Shown here in pieces: positions 20,943 to 32,108 of a stretch of 36,752 nt of DNA. Below the pieces are notes generated by a model that was given only the letters and a program-made list of their open reading frames with translations, was not told the origin of the DNA and searched no databases. Source of the stretch: Actinomycetota bacterium (GTDB lineage Bacteria; Actinomycetota; Actinomycetes; JAKEEW01). A program made the position numbers and the translations under genes. Each line of letters starts with the position of its first letter. Within the stretch, counting starts at the first letter, position 1. The DNA lies in the NCBI GenBank assembly GCA_046725875.1, contig JBKOZJ010000090.1:1-36752 (forward strand), given 5' to 3'.

Positions 20943-22652
20943 ATGGAGAGGTCCGAGGGCGGTGGGAGCGCTGCACCCGTGACCGCGACCGCCACTCCGA
21001 GGCCGGCCGGACCGCCGGTCGTGCCGGCGAAGCACAGCCCGTGGCTGGTGCTCATCACGCTCTGCCTCGGCTTCTTCATGATCCTTTTGGACACCACGAT
21101 CGTCAACGTCGCGATCCCCAACATGATCGACAAGCTGGACGCGTCGCTCGACGACATCCTCTGGATCCTCAACGCCTATGTGCTGGTATTCGCGGTCCTG
21201 CTGATCACCTGCGGCCGGCTCGGCGACCTGATCGGACCCAAGCAACTCTTCATCGCCGGCCTGATCGTCTTCACGCTGGCCTCCGCCGCTTGCGGCCTCG
21301 CGCAGACCCCAGATCAGCTGATCGCCTTCCGGGTGGTGCAGGGCATCGGCGGCGCGATGCTGACGCCCCAGACGCTCTCCGTCCTGACCGTGATCTTCCC
21401 GCCGGAGAAGCGAGGCGCGGCATTCGGCGTCTGGGGCTCGGTTGCCGGCCTGGCAACTATCGCCGGTCCCACCCTTGGCGGCTGGCTGGTAACCAGCTGG
21501 GACTGGCGATGGATCTTCTTCGTCAACGTTCCGGTCGGCGTAGTCACCCTGATCCTCGCCGCTGTGGTCATGCCGGATCTCAAACTCCACCGCCGGCACC
21601 GGCTTGACTGGGTGGGTACCGCGCTCGCAACGCTCGGTCTCTTCCTGGTCTGCTTCGGGTTGATCGAGGGGGAGCGTTACGACTGGGGCACGGTCGTCGG
21701 ACCGATCACCATCCCGCTGATCATCATTACCGGGGTTGTCGTTCTTGGCCTGCTGATCGTGCAGCAATGGCTCGAACGTAACGGGGAGCCCCTCATCCCG
21801 TTCGCGATCTTCGCTGACCGTAATTACTCGGTGATGAACTTCGTCGTAATGGCGATCTCTTTCGGGATGTTCGGCCTCTTTCTCCCGCTGACGATCTTCT
21901 TGCAGTCGGTGCTCGGGCTGAGCGCGCTCCAAGCGGGGCTGACGTTCGTGCCTATGTCGGCCCTGTCGATGGTGGTCGCCCCGTTCGCCGGTCGTTTTGC
22001 CGACAAGGTCGGTGGCAAGTGGATTTTGTTCGTCGGGCTGTCGCTGTGGACCATCGGCATGGCCACGTTGGTCGAGTTCACCAGCGTCGACACGACGCGG
22101 TGGAGCCTTTTGCCCAGCCTCCTGCTGGCAGGGTTCGGCTTGGGCTGCACCTTCGCTCCCTTGCAGACGATCGCGATGCGCAATGTCCGGCCCGCGGTCG
22201 CGGGGGCCGCCTCAGGCTTCATCAACACAACGCGCCAGCTCGGCGCCGTGATCGGATCGGCCGCGGTTGGCGCGCTCCTGCAGGCGCAGCTCGCCGACCA
22301 GCTCACGGCGGCAGCTCGGGAGAACGCGTCGGCGGTCCCCGTGCAGTACCGCAATCAGTTCGTCGAGGGGTTCGCCAACGCGGCCTCGACCGGCCTTCAG
22401 GTCGGCGCCGGGCAGACCGGCGTCCAGCTGCCACCGAACATCCCCGAACAAGCCCGGTCGACCATCCTCGAGGCCGCGACACAGACCTTCCACGAGGGCT
22501 TCGTCACCGCGATGCATTACACACTGCTGCTGCCGCTGGCGATCCTCGCTCTTGCGGTGTTTCTCGTTCTGTTGGTCCGGAACCCGCGCCGCGGGTCGAC
22601 CGTGACCGAGCGCGCCGAGGCGCCCGCGGGAATCGCCCCGGACGCTGCTTGA
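20943..22652 (+). CDS. DHA2 (EmrB/QacA) MFS efflux transporter
   Basis: LDTTIVNVAIP, WILNAY, GRLGDLIG, RVVQGIGGA, GPTLGG, WRWIFFVNVPVG; about 14 hydrophobic segments. Start uncertain. Confidence 0.93.
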   Translation: MERSEGGGSAAPVTATATPRPAGPPVVPAKHSPWLVLITLCLGFFMILLDTTIVNVAIPNMIDKLDASLDDILWILNAYVLVFAVLLITCGRLGDLIGPKQLFIAGLIVFTLASAACGLAQTPDQLIAFRVVQGIGGAMLTPQTLSVLTVIFPPEKRGAAFGVWGSVAGLATIAGPTLGGWLVTSWDWRWIFFVNVPVGVVTLILAAVVMPDLKLHRRHRLDWVGTALATLGLFLVCFGLIEGERYDWGTVVGPITIPLIIITGVVVLGLLIVQQWLERNGEPLIPFAIFADRNYSVMNFVVMAISFGMFGLFLPLTIFLQSVLGLSALQAGLTFVPMSALSMVVAPFAGRFADKVGGKWILFVGLSLWTIGMATLVEFTSVDTTRWSLLPSLLLAGFGLGCTFAPLQTIAMRNVRPAVAGAASGFINTTRQLGAVIGSAAVGALLQAQLADQLTAAARENASAVPVQYRNQFVEGFANAASTGLQVGAGQTGVQLPPNIPEQARSTILEAATQTFHEGFVTAMHYTLLLPLAILALAVFLVLLVRNPRRGSTVTERAEAPAGIAPDAA

Positions 22653-22699
22653 CCGGCCACGCTGGGCCTGCCGCCGGGGGATAGGGAGTTGCCGGGCGG

Positions 22700-24448
22700 T
22701 CAGGCGGGCGGAGCGTCGACACCGGCCTCCTTCCGCTGAGCCGGCGTGATCGGGGTAGGCGCTCCGGTGAGCGGATCGCCACCGGATGCGGTCTTCGGGA
22801 AGGCAATCACGTCGCGAATGGACTCGGTGCCGGCAAGCAGGGCACACAGCCGGTCCAGGCCGAACGCGATTCCGCCGTGCGGCGGGGGTCCGTACTTGAA
22901 AGCCTCGAGCAAGAAGCCGAACTGCTCCTCGGCCTGCTCCTTGCTAAGCCCGATCACCTCGAACACCCGCTGCTGCATCTCCGCCCGGTGAATACGGATC
23001 GAGCCGCCGCCAATCTCGGTACCGTTCAGCACAATGTCGTACGCGGAGGCCAGGGCCTCCGCCGGCGCGTCCTGAAAGCGATCGGCCCACTCGGCACTCG
23101 GCGCCGTGAACGGATGGTGCACCGCGGTCCAACCGATTTGCGCACCCACATCGTCGTACACGGGCTCAAACAACGGCGGCGCGACGATCCAGACGAACTC
23201 CCACGCCTGCTCGTCGACCAACCCGCGGCGGCGGCCGATCTCCAACCGGGCCGCGCCGAGCAGCTCTAGCGCCGCGGCCCGCGGGCCGGCGGAAAAGAAG
23301 ATGCAGTCACCCGGCAATGCACCAGCAGCATCCGCAAGGCCGGCCCGCTCCAAGTCGGAAAGGTTCTTGGCGACCGGACCGCCGAGCATGCCGTCCTCGC
23401 CGACGAGAACGTAGGCAATCCCGCGCGCGCCCCGCGCCTTCGCCCACTCCTGCCAACCGTCGAGCTCTTTCCGGGTCTGCGATCCGCCGCCGGGCATAAC
23501 GACCGCTCCCACGTGCTCGGCCTGCAAGACCCGGAACGGCGTGTCCGCGAAGTAGGCGGTGAGATCGACGAGTTCGCAGCCGAAGCGCAGGTCGGGTTTG
23601 TCCGAGCCGAAGCGGGCCATCGCGTCCGCATAGGTCATCCGCGGGATTGGCTTCGATATCTCCACGCCGTGCACCTCGGACCAGATCCGACGCAGCACCG
23701 ATTCGGCGATCCCGATCACGTTGTCCTGGTCGCAGAAGGACAACTCCAGATCGAGCTGCGTGAACTCAGGCTGGCGGTCGGCTCGGAAGTCCTCGTCCCG
23801 GAAGCAGCGGGCGATCTGGTAGTAGCGCTCGAGCCCGGCGACCATGAGGAGTTGTTTGAAGAGCTGCGGTGACTGTGGCAGCGCGTACCACGTGCCTGGC
23901 TGCAGCCGGACCGGTACCAGGAAGTCGCGGGCGCCCTCGGGCGTGGACCGGGTGAGGTCCGGGGTCTCGACGTCGATGAAGCCGGCGTCCTCCATGACCT
24001 CGCGAATGAGGTGGGTCACTCGGCTGCGCAGCCGCAGGTTGTTCGCCATCTCGGGGCGGCGCAGGTCGAGATAGCGGTACTTGAGCCGGACCTCCTCGTT
24101 CACCGTGCCCGCGTGGTAGTCCGCAATGGGGAAGGGCAGCGGAGCCGCTTCGGAGAGTACGGTCACCTCCGCAGCGACGACCTCGACGTCGCCCGTCGGC
24201 AGGTTAGGGTTCTCGTTCCCGGCCGGGCGGCGCTGGACCTCGCCCGCCACCCGCATGCAGTACTCGGCCCGGAGCCCGTGCGCGACCGTCTCGTCGCGGA
24301 TGACGACCTGGACCAGGCCGGAGGCGTCCCGCAGGTCTATGAAGGCCACCCCACCGTGGTCGCGGCGGCGGGCCACCCAGCCGGCGAGGGTCACCAGCGT
24401 GTCGGCGTCCGCGGCCCGCAGGGCACCCGCATCATGGGTACGGATCAC
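22700..24448 (-). CDS. aspS: Aspartate--tRNA ligase (probably non-discriminating)
   Basis: MIRTHDAG (GTGA overlap with hisS), [47 protein letters not shown]. Confidence 0.97.
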   Translation of the reverse strand: MIRTHDAGALRAADADTLVTLAGWVARRRDHGGVAFIDLRDASGLVQVVIRDETVAHGLRAEYCMRVAGEVQRRPAGNENPNLPTGDVEVVAAEVTVLSEAAPLPFPIADYHAGTVNEEVRLKYRYLDLRRPEMANNLRLRSRVTHLIREVMEDAGFIDVETPDLTRSTPEGARDFLVPVRLQPGTWYALPQSPQLFKQLLMVAGLERYYQIARCFRDEDFRADRQPEFTQLDLELSFCDQDNVIGIAESVLRRIWSEVHGVEISKPIPRMTYADAMARFGSDKPDLRFGCELVDLTAYFADTPFRVLQAEHVGAVVMPGGGSQTRKELDGWQEWAKARGARGIAYVLVGEDGMLGGPVAKNLSDLERAGLADAAGALPGDCIFFSAGPRAAALELLGAARLEIGRRRGLVDEQAWEFVWIVAPPLFEPVYDDVGAQIGWTAVHHPFTAPSAEWADRFQDAPAEALASAYDIVLNGTEIGGGSIRIHRAEMQQRVFEVIGLSKEQAEEQFGFLLEAFKYGPPPHGGIAFGLDRLCALLAGTESIRDVIAFPKTASGGDPLTGAPTPITPAQRKEAGVDAPPA

Positions 24449-25794
24449 GAGAGCTGCTCCTCCTGGCTCACCACGATCATCGGCCGGAGATCCTCGGCCG
24501 GCGGAGTCCACGCACCAGGATCGGCCTCGACCTGCTCGCCGCTACGGATGTCACGCACCTGGTGGGTCCCGTCTCGCTGCGGGAACCAGACGTACGGGAT
24601 GCCTCGTCGTTCGGCCGCCCGGATCTGGCGTCCGAACTTCTGGGCCGCCGACGCGACCTCGGTCGATATGCCGCGCCTGCGGAGCGACTGCGCGATCTCA
24701 TCGCATGCGGACCGGGACTGCTCGTCGGGCAGGGCGACGAAGACACAGGACGGCACCGACCGCGAAGCAGTCAGCAGGCCGCGCGAGAACAGCGGCATGA
24801 GCAGTCTGGACACGCCGAGGGAGATGCCGACGCCCGGGTAGACCGCCCGTCCGTCGCTGGCGAGCGAGTCGTAACGCCCGCCGGAGCAGATCGACCCGAG
24901 CCGCTCGAACCCCGCCATTCGCATCTCGAAGACGGTCCCCGTGTAGTAGTCCAGGCCGCGCGCGATGCGGAGGTCGGCCTCGACCTGGAAACCGTCGCGG
25001 GCCACCGGAAGGCAGCCCTCGACGACCGCGGCCAGCTCAGCGAGACCCTCGTCTAGCAGCTCATGGCTGACACCGATCTCACGGACCCGCTCGACGAAGG
25101 AGGTGTCCGGGGTGTGGATCTCGGCCAGGAGCAGGCAGAGCTTTACCTGCTGGTCGTCCAGGCCGGCGTCCCTGAGCAGCGTGGCGACCTCTGCGGTCGG
25201 GAGCTTGTCGAGTTTGTCCAGCACCCGCATCACGTTGGCGACACCTTCGACGCCGATCCCCCGGTAGAAGCCCTCGATGAGCTTTCGGTTGTTGACCTGC
25301 AGGCGCAGTGGCGGCACGGGCAGGCCGGCGAGCGCCTCCGCCATCACCTGCGTCACCTCGACGTCGTGGTGGAAGGGCAGCATGTCGCGAGCGACGACAT
25401 CGATGTCTGCTTGGGTGAACTCCCGGAAACGACCTTCTTGTGGCCGTTCCCCCCGCCACACCTTCTGGATCTGATACCGGCGGAGCGGGAACCCAAGCCT
25501 GCCGGCGTGTTCGAGCACATACCGCGCAAACGGCACCGTCAAGTCGTAATGCAAGCCAATGCCCGCATCGTCGGCCGCATCTTGTGCCTGCAGCCGGCGC
25601 AAGACATACACCTCGTTGTCGATCTCGCCCTTCCGCAGCAGCTCATCTAGCGGTTCTACGGCGCGTGTCTCGACCGGCGTGAAGCCGTGTAGCTCGAAAG
25701 TCCGCCGCAGCCGATCGATGATCTCGACCTCGACGATGCGTTGGGCAGGCAGAAGCTCGGGAAACCCGCTCAGCGGGCTGGCCTTCCTTGTCAT
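24445..25794 (-). CDS. hisS: Histidine--tRNA ligase
   Basis: [37 protein letters not shown]. Confidence 0.97.
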   Translation of the reverse strand: MTRKASPLSGFPELLPAQRIVEVEIIDRLRRTFELHGFTPVETRAVEPLDELLRKGEIDNEVYVLRRLQAQDAADDAGIGLHYDLTVPFARYVLEHAGRLGFPLRRYQIQKVWRGERPQEGRFREFTQADIDVVARDMLPFHHDVEVTQVMAEALAGLPVPPLRLQVNNRKLIEGFYRGIGVEGVANVMRVLDKLDKLPTAEVATLLRDAGLDDQQVKLCLLLAEIHTPDTSFVERVREIGVSHELLDEGLAELAAVVEGCLPVARDGFQVEADLRIARGLDYYTGTVFEMRMAGFERLGSICSGGRYDSLASDGRAVYPGVGISLGVSRLLMPLFSRGLLTASRSVPSCVFVALPDEQSRSACDEIAQSLRRRGISTEVASAAQKFGRQIRAAERRGIPYVWFPQRDGTHQVRDIRSGEQVEADPGAWTPPAEDLRPMIVVSQEEQLS

Positions 25795-26511
25795 TCACAA
25801 TCCTCTGGCCGGGGCCGCGGCCTCCACGAGAAACGGGTTGGTCGAGCGCTCGCGGCCGATAGTCGTCTGGGAGCCGTGGCCGGGCAGGATGACCGTCTCA
25901 TTCGCGAGGGGCAGCACCTTCGCTGCGAGGGTGCGCATCATCGCCGCGGGGTCACCGCCTGGCAGGTCGGTGCGGCCAATCGATCCGGCGAAGAGAACAT
26001 CGCCCGAGAACATGACGTCGTGCCCGGGAGGCACTGGCCCAGCGGTGGGCCGCGGCGACTCCTCGGCTGGCATCCGAAATAGCACCGACCCCCTGGTATG
26101 GCCTGGTGCATGATCAACGCTGATCGTCAGTCCGGCGATCTCGATCGTTGCGTTGTCTGGCAGTGACCGGACGTCATCGGGCTCCGACCAAATAAGGCGG
26201 CCACCGAAGAGCTCGGCCGTACCGGCGCCGAAGCCTTTGGCCGGGTCGGCAAGCAGCTCGGCGTCCTCCGAGTGGATGTACGCAGGAATTCCACGCGCGC
26301 CGCTCACCGGCGTCACTGAGAACGTATGGTCGATGTGCCCATGAGTCAGCAGGACGGCCACCGGCCGTAGCCGATGCTCGTCAATGATCTGATCGAGCCG
26401 CGGCTCGACGCCGACCCCCGGATCGATAACGATGCATTGCTCACGAGCGGCCGGGGCGACGACATAACAATTCGTCCCGAAGGCGGCAGCCGGGAAGCCG
26501 ACGACGAGCAC
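25795..26511 (-). CDS. MBL-fold metallo-hydrolase (glyoxalase II-like)
   Basis: THGHIDH, PGHT, FSGD, PGHG; usual position upstream of hisS. Confidence 0.93.
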   Translation of the reverse strand: MLVVGFPAAAFGTNCYVVAPAAREQCIVIDPGVGVEPRLDQIIDEHRLRPVAVLLTHGHIDHTFSVTPVSGARGIPAYIHSEDAELLADPAKGFGAGTAELFGGRLIWSEPDDVRSLPDNATIEIAGLTISVDHAPGHTRGSVLFRMPAEESPRPTAGPVPPGHDVMFSGDVLFAGSIGRTDLPGGDPAAMMRTLAAKVLPLANETVILPGHGSQTTIGRERSTNPFLVEAAAPARGL

Positions 26512-26714
26512 CGAGATTTCCTCACAGGACGATCAAGACCGAGGCTGAGCACTGTCGAGCCTACCGGGTCACACCTAAACTGTTCGGCCACACCGCAGGC
26601 CGCGGTGCATATGCCCGTGCGCTCGCGGAGACGCGGCATAGCCAGATGAGCGACAATTGCCGACGGCTCCCCCCGGGAATACCGCAAGTCTGACAGCAAG
26701 CAGGAGGAAGATCC

Positions 26715-27482
26715 GTGGCCGGATCAAAGCAGCGCGAGCGAGAGCTCGCTCGCCAACGCTGGATTCGTCAGCAGCAGGCCCGCGCCGAAGCGAAGCGCAA
26801 AACTCGGCGGCGAGCTCAGATCATCGCCGCCGCCGTGTCCGTGGCGTTGATCATCGCAGGGGTCTTCTTCTTTGCCAACCCGTTCGCCGGCGACCACGGC
26901 ACGTCCGCCTCCTCGACGGTCAACTGCACCTACACCCCGAAGTCCAACGAGAAGACCGGTGACAAGCCACTGCCCGGCCTGCCGACCAAGACGGCACCGA
27001 AGTCGGGTATTTACAACGTGGCGATAAGCACCAATCAGGGGAAGATCGAGATGCAGCTGGACGCGGCGAAGGCCCCCTGCACGGTGCACTCGTTCCTGCA
27101 CCTCGCACAGTCCGGCTTCTATAACAGCACCAAGTGCCACCGGCTGCTGACCGGGGAGGCCGCGAAGGTCCTGCAGTGCGGCGACCCGACCGAGACGGGC
27201 ACCGGCGGCCCCGGCTACCAGTTCGGTGACGAGAACCTCGCCGGCGCGACCTACAAGAAGGGCACCGTGGCCATGGCAAACTCCGGCCCCAACACAAATG
27301 GGAGTCAGTTCTTCATGGTCTACGGCGACTCGTCCTTCCCTACGAGCTACACACCGTTTGGAACGATCACCACCGGCCTCGACATCCTGGACAAAATCGC
27401 GAAGGGCGGCGTGACTGGTAAGAACAAGGACACACCAAAGACCAAGGTCGAGATCAAGAGCGTGACGGTCGCGAGCGCATGA
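26715..27482 (+). CDS. Membrane-anchored cyclophilin-type peptidyl-prolyl isomerase
   Basis: Basic N-terminus and TM helix; CHRL, LQCGDP, GGPGY, AMANSG, TNGSQFF. Confidence 0.93.
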   Translation: MAGSKQRERELARQRWIRQQQARAEAKRKTRRRAQIIAAAVSVALIIAGVFFFANPFAGDHGTSASSTVNCTYTPKSNEKTGDKPLPGLPTKTAPKSGIYNVAISTNQGKIEMQLDAAKAPCTVHSFLHLAQSGFYNSTKCHRLLTGEAAKVLQCGDPTETGTGGPGYQFGDENLAGATYKKGTVAMANSGPNTNGSQFFMVYGDSSFPTSYTPFGTITTGLDILDKIAKGGVTGKNKDTPKTKVEIKSVTVASA

Positions 27483-28759
27483 ACGGATTAAGACCCGGCG
27501 AGCCCGGCCTCGACGCCGAGGAGGCGACGGTGACGACCGACCCCTGGGGCCGTGTCGACGACGAGGGCACGGTCTATGTGAAGACCGCCGGCGGCGAGCG
27601 GGCCGTCGGATCCTGGGCGGCTGGCTCGCCCGAGGAGGCCCTGGCCTTCTTCAGGCGCAAGTATGACGGGCTCGTCCTCGAGGTCGACCTGCTCGAACGC
27701 CGGATCAAGGAGACCGACGTCTCTCCGAAGGACGCGGCGGCGTCCCTCACCCGGGTCCGGGCAGCCATCAAGGACGCCCACGCCGTCGGCGACCTCGATG
27801 GGCTCCTGGCCCGCCTCGACGCTCTGACGGAGATACTCGAGGCCCGACGTGCCGAGCTTCGCGCCGCCCGAGTGCAAGCGATCGAGGATGCCCGCGCCGC
27901 GAAGGAGCGAATCGTCACCGAGGCGGAGGGGATCGCGGCGGGCACCGACTGGCGAGTTGGCGCGGAGCGGCTGCGTGTCCTCGTGGAAGAGTGGAAGGCC
28001 GCCGCCCGCATCGACCGGAAGAGCGACGACGAGCTGTGGCACCGCCTCTCCCGGGCTCGGTCGACCTTCTCCAAGCGGCGGAAGGCTCATTTCGCCGAGC
28101 TTGAGGTGCGGCGCGAGGAGTCTCGTACCCGGAAGGAGAAGATCGTCGCGGAGGCTGAGGCATTGGCCGGGTCCCGCGACTGGGCCGCAACCGCGGCCAA
28201 GTTCCGCGACCTGATGCGCGACTGGAAGGCGGCCGGCCGCGCGGCTCGAGATGTCGAGGACGCGCTGTGGCAGCGTTTCCGTGCTGCGCAAGACACCTTC
28301 TTCACCGCCCGGAGCGGGGTGTTCGCCGAGCGGGACGCCGGGCAGCGGGAGAACCTGCAGCGGAAGGAGGCGCTGGTTGCGGAGGCGGAGGCACTGCTGC
28401 CGATCCGCGACCTGCGCGAGGCCCGCGCCGCGCTGCGCTCCATCCATGAGCGCTGGGACGCGATCGGCCACGTACCTCGCGATGTCAGGACCCGGATCGA
28501 GGCCAGGTTGGCCGCCATCGACCAGGCTGTACGGGCCGCCGGCGAGGCTGAGTGGAAGCGTACAAACCCGGAGGCACTCGCCCGCGCTGAAGATACGGTC
28601 GCCCAACTCAAGGCGTCGATCGAGGCGCTCACCGAGCAAGCCGAGGGCGCCCGGGCGAGCGGGGACGAGGCGGCCGTCGCCGAGGCGGAGTCCGCTGTTT
28701 CAGCCCGGCGGGCCTGGCTCGCCGAGGCCGAGCGCACCCTCAGCGAGCTCGGCGGCTAG
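27479..28759 (+). CDS. DUF349 domain protein
   Basis: WGRVDDEGTVYV and three helical repeats (WKAA...DELWHRL; WKAAG...ALWQRF; WDAIGHVP). Alternative GTG start at 27530 with SD GAGGAGG. Confidence 0.9.
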   Translation: MNGLRPGEPGLDAEEATVTTDPWGRVDDEGTVYVKTAGGERAVGSWAAGSPEEALAFFRRKYDGLVLEVDLLERRIKETDVSPKDAAASLTRVRAAIKDAHAVGDLDGLLARLDALTEILEARRAELRAARVQAIEDARAAKERIVTEAEGIAAGTDWRVGAERLRVLVEEWKAAARIDRKSDDELWHRLSRARSTFSKRRKAHFAELEVRREESRTRKEKIVAEAEALAGSRDWAATAAKFRDLMRDWKAAGRAARDVEDALWQRFRAAQDTFFTARSGVFAERDAGQRENLQRKEALVAEAEALLPIRDLREARAALRSIHERWDAIGHVPRDVRTRIEARLAAIDQAVRAAGEAEWKRTNPEALARAEDTVAQLKASIEALTEQAEGARASGDEAAVAEAESAVSARRAWLAEAERTLSELGG

Positions 28760-28765
28760 GCAGCC

Positions 28766-31234
28766 TCAGCGGGTCGGCGCTGGACTACCCGTGACCCGAT
28801 AGGCGTCGAAGACGCCCTCGACCCCGCGCACCGCCCGGAGGATGTGGCCGAGATGCTTCGGGTCGCCCATTTCGAAGGTGAAGCGGCTGACCGCGACCCG
28901 GTCTCTGGTGGTGGACACCGACGCCGAGAGGATATTCACATGCTGGTCTGACAGGACCCGGGTAACGTCGGACAACAACCGTGACCGATCCAGCGCCTCC
29001 ACCTGAATGGCGACCAGGAAGACCGACTGCGCCGTCGGAGCCCACTCGATGTCGATCAGCCGCTCGGGGTGGGCCGAGAGCGACCGTACATTGGCGCAGT
29101 CCTCGCGATGCACAGACACGCCGTTGCCGCGGGTGACAAAGCCGACGATCGGGTCACCGGGCACCGGGGTGCAGCAGCGGGCAAGCTTCACCCACACGTC
29201 GTCGGCGCCCTTGACCACGACGCCGGGATCCCCACCGGGTGGGCGCTTGCGCACCTTCGTGGGCGTCGTGGCCTCGGCGAGGTCTTCGGTCGTTCCCTCC
29301 TCGCCACCGAGCGACTGGACCAGTCGGTGTACGACGGACTGCGCGGATGTGTGCCCCTCGCCAACGGCGGCATAAAGCGCAGAGATGTCCGCATAGCGCA
29401 GCTCATGGGCGATCGTGGTGAGGCTCTCGCTGGTTAGCAGCCGCCGCAGCGGGAGACCCTGCTTGCGCAGCGTCCGCGCGATGGCCTCCTTGCCCTGCTC
29501 GATGGCCTCCTCGCGGCGCTCCTTCGAGAACCACTGCCGGATCTTGTTCCGGGCGCGCGGTGAGGCGACAAAGGTCAGCCAGTCGCGGCTCGGCGACGCG
29601 CTTGGCGCCTTCGAGGTGAAGATCTCTACCACATCGCCGTTCTCAAGCTTGCTCTCGAGTGGCACCAAGCGGCCGTTGACCCGGGCGCCGATGCAGCGGT
29701 GACCGACCTCGGTGTGGACGGCGTACGCGAAGTCGATCGGCGTCGACCCCTGCGGGAGCGGGATCAGGTCGCCCTTGGGCGTGAAGACGAAGACCTCGGA
29801 GGCGGAGAGATCGAAGCGCAGCGACTCGAGGAACTCCCCGGGGTCGGCGGTCTCCTGCTGCCAGTCGAGCAGCTGGCGCAGCCAGACCATCTCGTTCGTG
29901 GCTTCCTTGTCACTGCCCCGCCCGGCCGTCGCGTCGGCGTCCTGCTTGTACTTCCAGTGGGCCGCGATGCCGTACTCCGCCCGCCTGTGCATATCGAAGG
30001 TGCGGATCTGCAGCTCGACGGGCTTGCCCTCCGGGCCGATAACCGTCGTGTGCAGCGACTGGTACATGTTGAACTTCGGCATCGCGACATAGTCCTTGAA
30101 CCGCCCAGGAACCGGATTCCACTGCGCGTGCATGGTGCCGAGTGCGGCATAACAGTCCCGAACGGTGTCCACCAGGACCCGGATGCCGACGAGATCGTAG
30201 ATGTCGGCAAATTCGCGGCCTCGCACGATCATCTTCTGGTAGACGGAGTAATAGTGCTTCGGGCGGCCGGTCACCGTGGCCTTGATCTTCGCCCCCCGCA
30301 GGTCGGCCTGGACCTGGTCGATCACGCTGGCGAGATACTCGTCCCGGCTCGGCGCTCGCTCGGCGACCAGCCGGACGATCTCGTCATACATCTTCGGATA
30401 GAGGGTCGCGAAGGATAGATCCTCGAGCTCCCACTTGATCGTATTCATGCCCAGCCGGTGGGCGAGCGGCGCATAGATTTCCAGGGTCTCCCGCGCCTTC
30501 TGCTCGGCCTTCGCCTGAGAGATATAGCGCCACGTCCGGGCGTTGTGGAGCCGGTCGGCCAGCTTGATGAGCAGCACCCGGATGTCGCGGGCCATCGCGA
30601 TGACCATCTTGCGCACGGTCTCGGCCTGGGCCGCAGCGCCGTACTTGACCTTGTCGAGCTTGGTCACCCCGTCGACCAGGTTGGCGATCTCGTCGCCGAA
30701 GTCGACCCGGAGCATCTCGAGGGTGTAGTCGGTGTCCTCGATCGTGTCATGGAGAAGCGCGGCCACCAGAGTCGGCGGGGTCATGCCGAGCTCGGCGAGG
30801 ATGTCGGCGACGGCGAGCGGATGGGTTATGAACGGGTCGCCGCTCTTGCGCCGCTGCCCATGATGGTGTCGTTCGGCAATCTCGTAGGCCCGCTCGATGA
30901 TCTTCAGATCGGCCTTGGGATGGTTGCCGCGAACCGTACGGAAGAGCTGCTCGAGAGCGGGGTTGGTGGAGGCGCCGCGCTGGACAGCGAGTCTGGCGAG
31001 GCGGGTCCGCGCCCGGACCCGGCCGCCCGCCGGGGGCGAGTCGGTGCCGTTTCGGCTGGGCGGCGCGGGCGCGGCGACCTTGCCGCCGTCGGTCGGCATG
31101 GTGTCGGGTGCGCGCGTCGGCGGCGCGGGCGGCTCGTGGGTGACTGGAGCTGGAATCGGCGGCGAGCCGGACGGCATCGTGCGCTCGGCGGCGCGAACGC
31201 CTGCCGAGGCGCCGGAAGCCTTCCGATCAGCCAA
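28766..31234 (-). CDS. rel: Bifunctional (p)ppGpp synthetase/hydrolase Rel
   Basis: HD motif [48 protein letters not shown] domain. TTG at 31234 follows GGGAGG; ORF open to 31327. Confidence 0.96.
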   Translation of the reverse strand: MADRKASGASAGVRAAERTMPSGSPPIPAPVTHEPPAPPTRAPDTMPTDGGKVAAPAPPSRNGTDSPPAGGRVRARTRLARLAVQRGASTNPALEQLFRTVRGNHPKADLKIIERAYEIAERHHHGQRRKSGDPFITHPLAVADILAELGMTPPTLVAALLHDTIEDTDYTLEMLRVDFGDEIANLVDGVTKLDKVKYGAAAQAETVRKMVIAMARDIRVLLIKLADRLHNARTWRYISQAKAEQKARETLEIYAPLAHRLGMNTIKWELEDLSFATLYPKMYDEIVRLVAERAPSRDEYLASVIDQVQADLRGAKIKATVTGRPKHYYSVYQKMIVRGREFADIYDLVGIRVLVDTVRDCYAALGTMHAQWNPVPGRFKDYVAMPKFNMYQSLHTTVIGPEGKPVELQIRTFDMHRRAEYGIAAHWKYKQDADATAGRGSDKEATNEMVWLRQLLDWQQETADPGEFLESLRFDLSASEVFVFTPKGDLIPLPQGSTPIDFAYAVHTEVGHRCIGARVNGRLVPLESKLENGDVVEIFTSKAPSASPSRDWLTFVASPRARNKIRQWFSKERREEAIEQGKEAIARTLRKQGLPLRRLLTSESLTTIAHELRYADISALYAAVGEGHTSAQSVVHRLVQSLGGEEGTTEDLAEATTPTKVRKRPPGGDPGVVVKGADDVWVKLARCCTPVPGDPIVGFVTRGNGVSVHREDCANVRSLSAHPERLIDIEWAPTAQSVFLVAIQVEALDRSRLLSDVTRVLSDQHVNILSASVSTTRDRVAVSRFTFEMGDPKHLGHILRAVRGVEGVFDAYRVTGSPAPTR

Positions 31235-31391
31235 TCCGCCCTCCCAGTCAGCCGTCGGGATAGAAAGGCACGAGGAGCTGGAGGATACCCGCCCCTTCAA
31301 TTGGTCCCTGGATGCCGTGAAACACACATGTTAACGACCGCGGGCAGCGATCACTTCCCAAAGCCCGCAACCATCCCGGATGCACCCGCTT

Positions 31392-31426
31392 TATGCCAGG
31401 TAGCGACGACTCTATGCCAGGTAGCG
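31392..31426. repeat. 14-bp direct repeat TATGCCAGGTAGCG x2, 21-bp period
   Basis: Copies at 31392-31405 and 31413-31426, upstream of rel. Confidence 0.8.
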
Positions 31427-31483
31427 GGATTTCATGCCCGCTTTGCTGGTATTGCGAACGGTTACCGGGCAGAGGGCGCGACC

Positions 31484-31551
31484 TAGGCAGTCAGCGCTCC
31501 ATAGGCGGCTAGCGCAATCTGGGCAGTTAGCGCACGCTAGGTGGTCAGCAG
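31484..31551. repeat. Degenerate 18-bp tandem repeat (4 units) including the apt stop codon
   Basis: TAGGCAGTCAGCGC (31484), TAGGCGGCTAGCGC (31502), TGGGCAGTTAGCGC (31520), TAGGTGGTCAGCAG (31538). Confidence 0.65.
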
Positions 31552-32106
31552 GGTGCGAAGGTCGGGGTCGGGGATGGCAGCGGGCGCGGAGGTCAGCCGG
31601 GAGCGGGCGTCGAGGAAACCGAGCTCGAGCAGCACGGCAACACCCGCGAGCTTGCCGCCGGCCCGGCGGACGAGGTCGACCGTGGCCTCGACGGTCCCAC
31701 CAGTCGCGAGCACGTCGTCGACGATCAGCACTCGATCGCCCGAGTCGAACGCGTCCCGGTGCATCTCGAGGGTGGCTTCGCCGTACTCCAGTGCGTACGA
31801 CACTTCGAGCGACGCGCCCGGCAGCTTGCCCTTCTTCCGTACCGGGACGAACCCGGCACGGGCGGCCAGAGCGACCGGGGCGGCTAGGATGAACCCCCGC
31901 GCCTCGATGCCCACCACCTTGTCGAGCTGCCCTCCCCAGTCGGCCTGTGCCATCGCGTCGACGGCCGCGGTGAACGCGGCCGTGTCGGCGAGCAGCGGCG
32001 TGATGTCCTTGAACAGGATCCCCGGCTTGGGATAGTCGGGCACATCCCGGATCAAGGCGCCCAGCCGCGTCGCGAGCGCCTCGTCGCCAAGGACCGGCGC
32101 AGCCAC
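31537..32106 (-). CDS. apt: Adenine phosphoribosyltransferase
   Basis: DYPKPGILFKDITPLL, EARGF, RKKGKLPG, LEYG, VDDVLATGGT. Confidence 0.97.
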   Translation of the reverse strand: MAAPVLGDEALATRLGALIRDVPDYPKPGILFKDITPLLADTAAFTAAVDAMAQADWGGQLDKVVGIEARGFILAAPVALAARAGFVPVRKKGKLPGASLEVSYALEYGEATLEMHRDAFDSGDRVLIVDDVLATGGTVEATVDLVRRAGGKLAGVAVLLELGFLDARSRLTSAPAAIPDPDLRTLLTT

Positions 32107-32108
32107 CG

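Noticed and set aside
31392..31551. Repeats between apt and rel as a CRISPR array
   Set aside because: Units too short, spacers only 4-7 bp, no cas genes.
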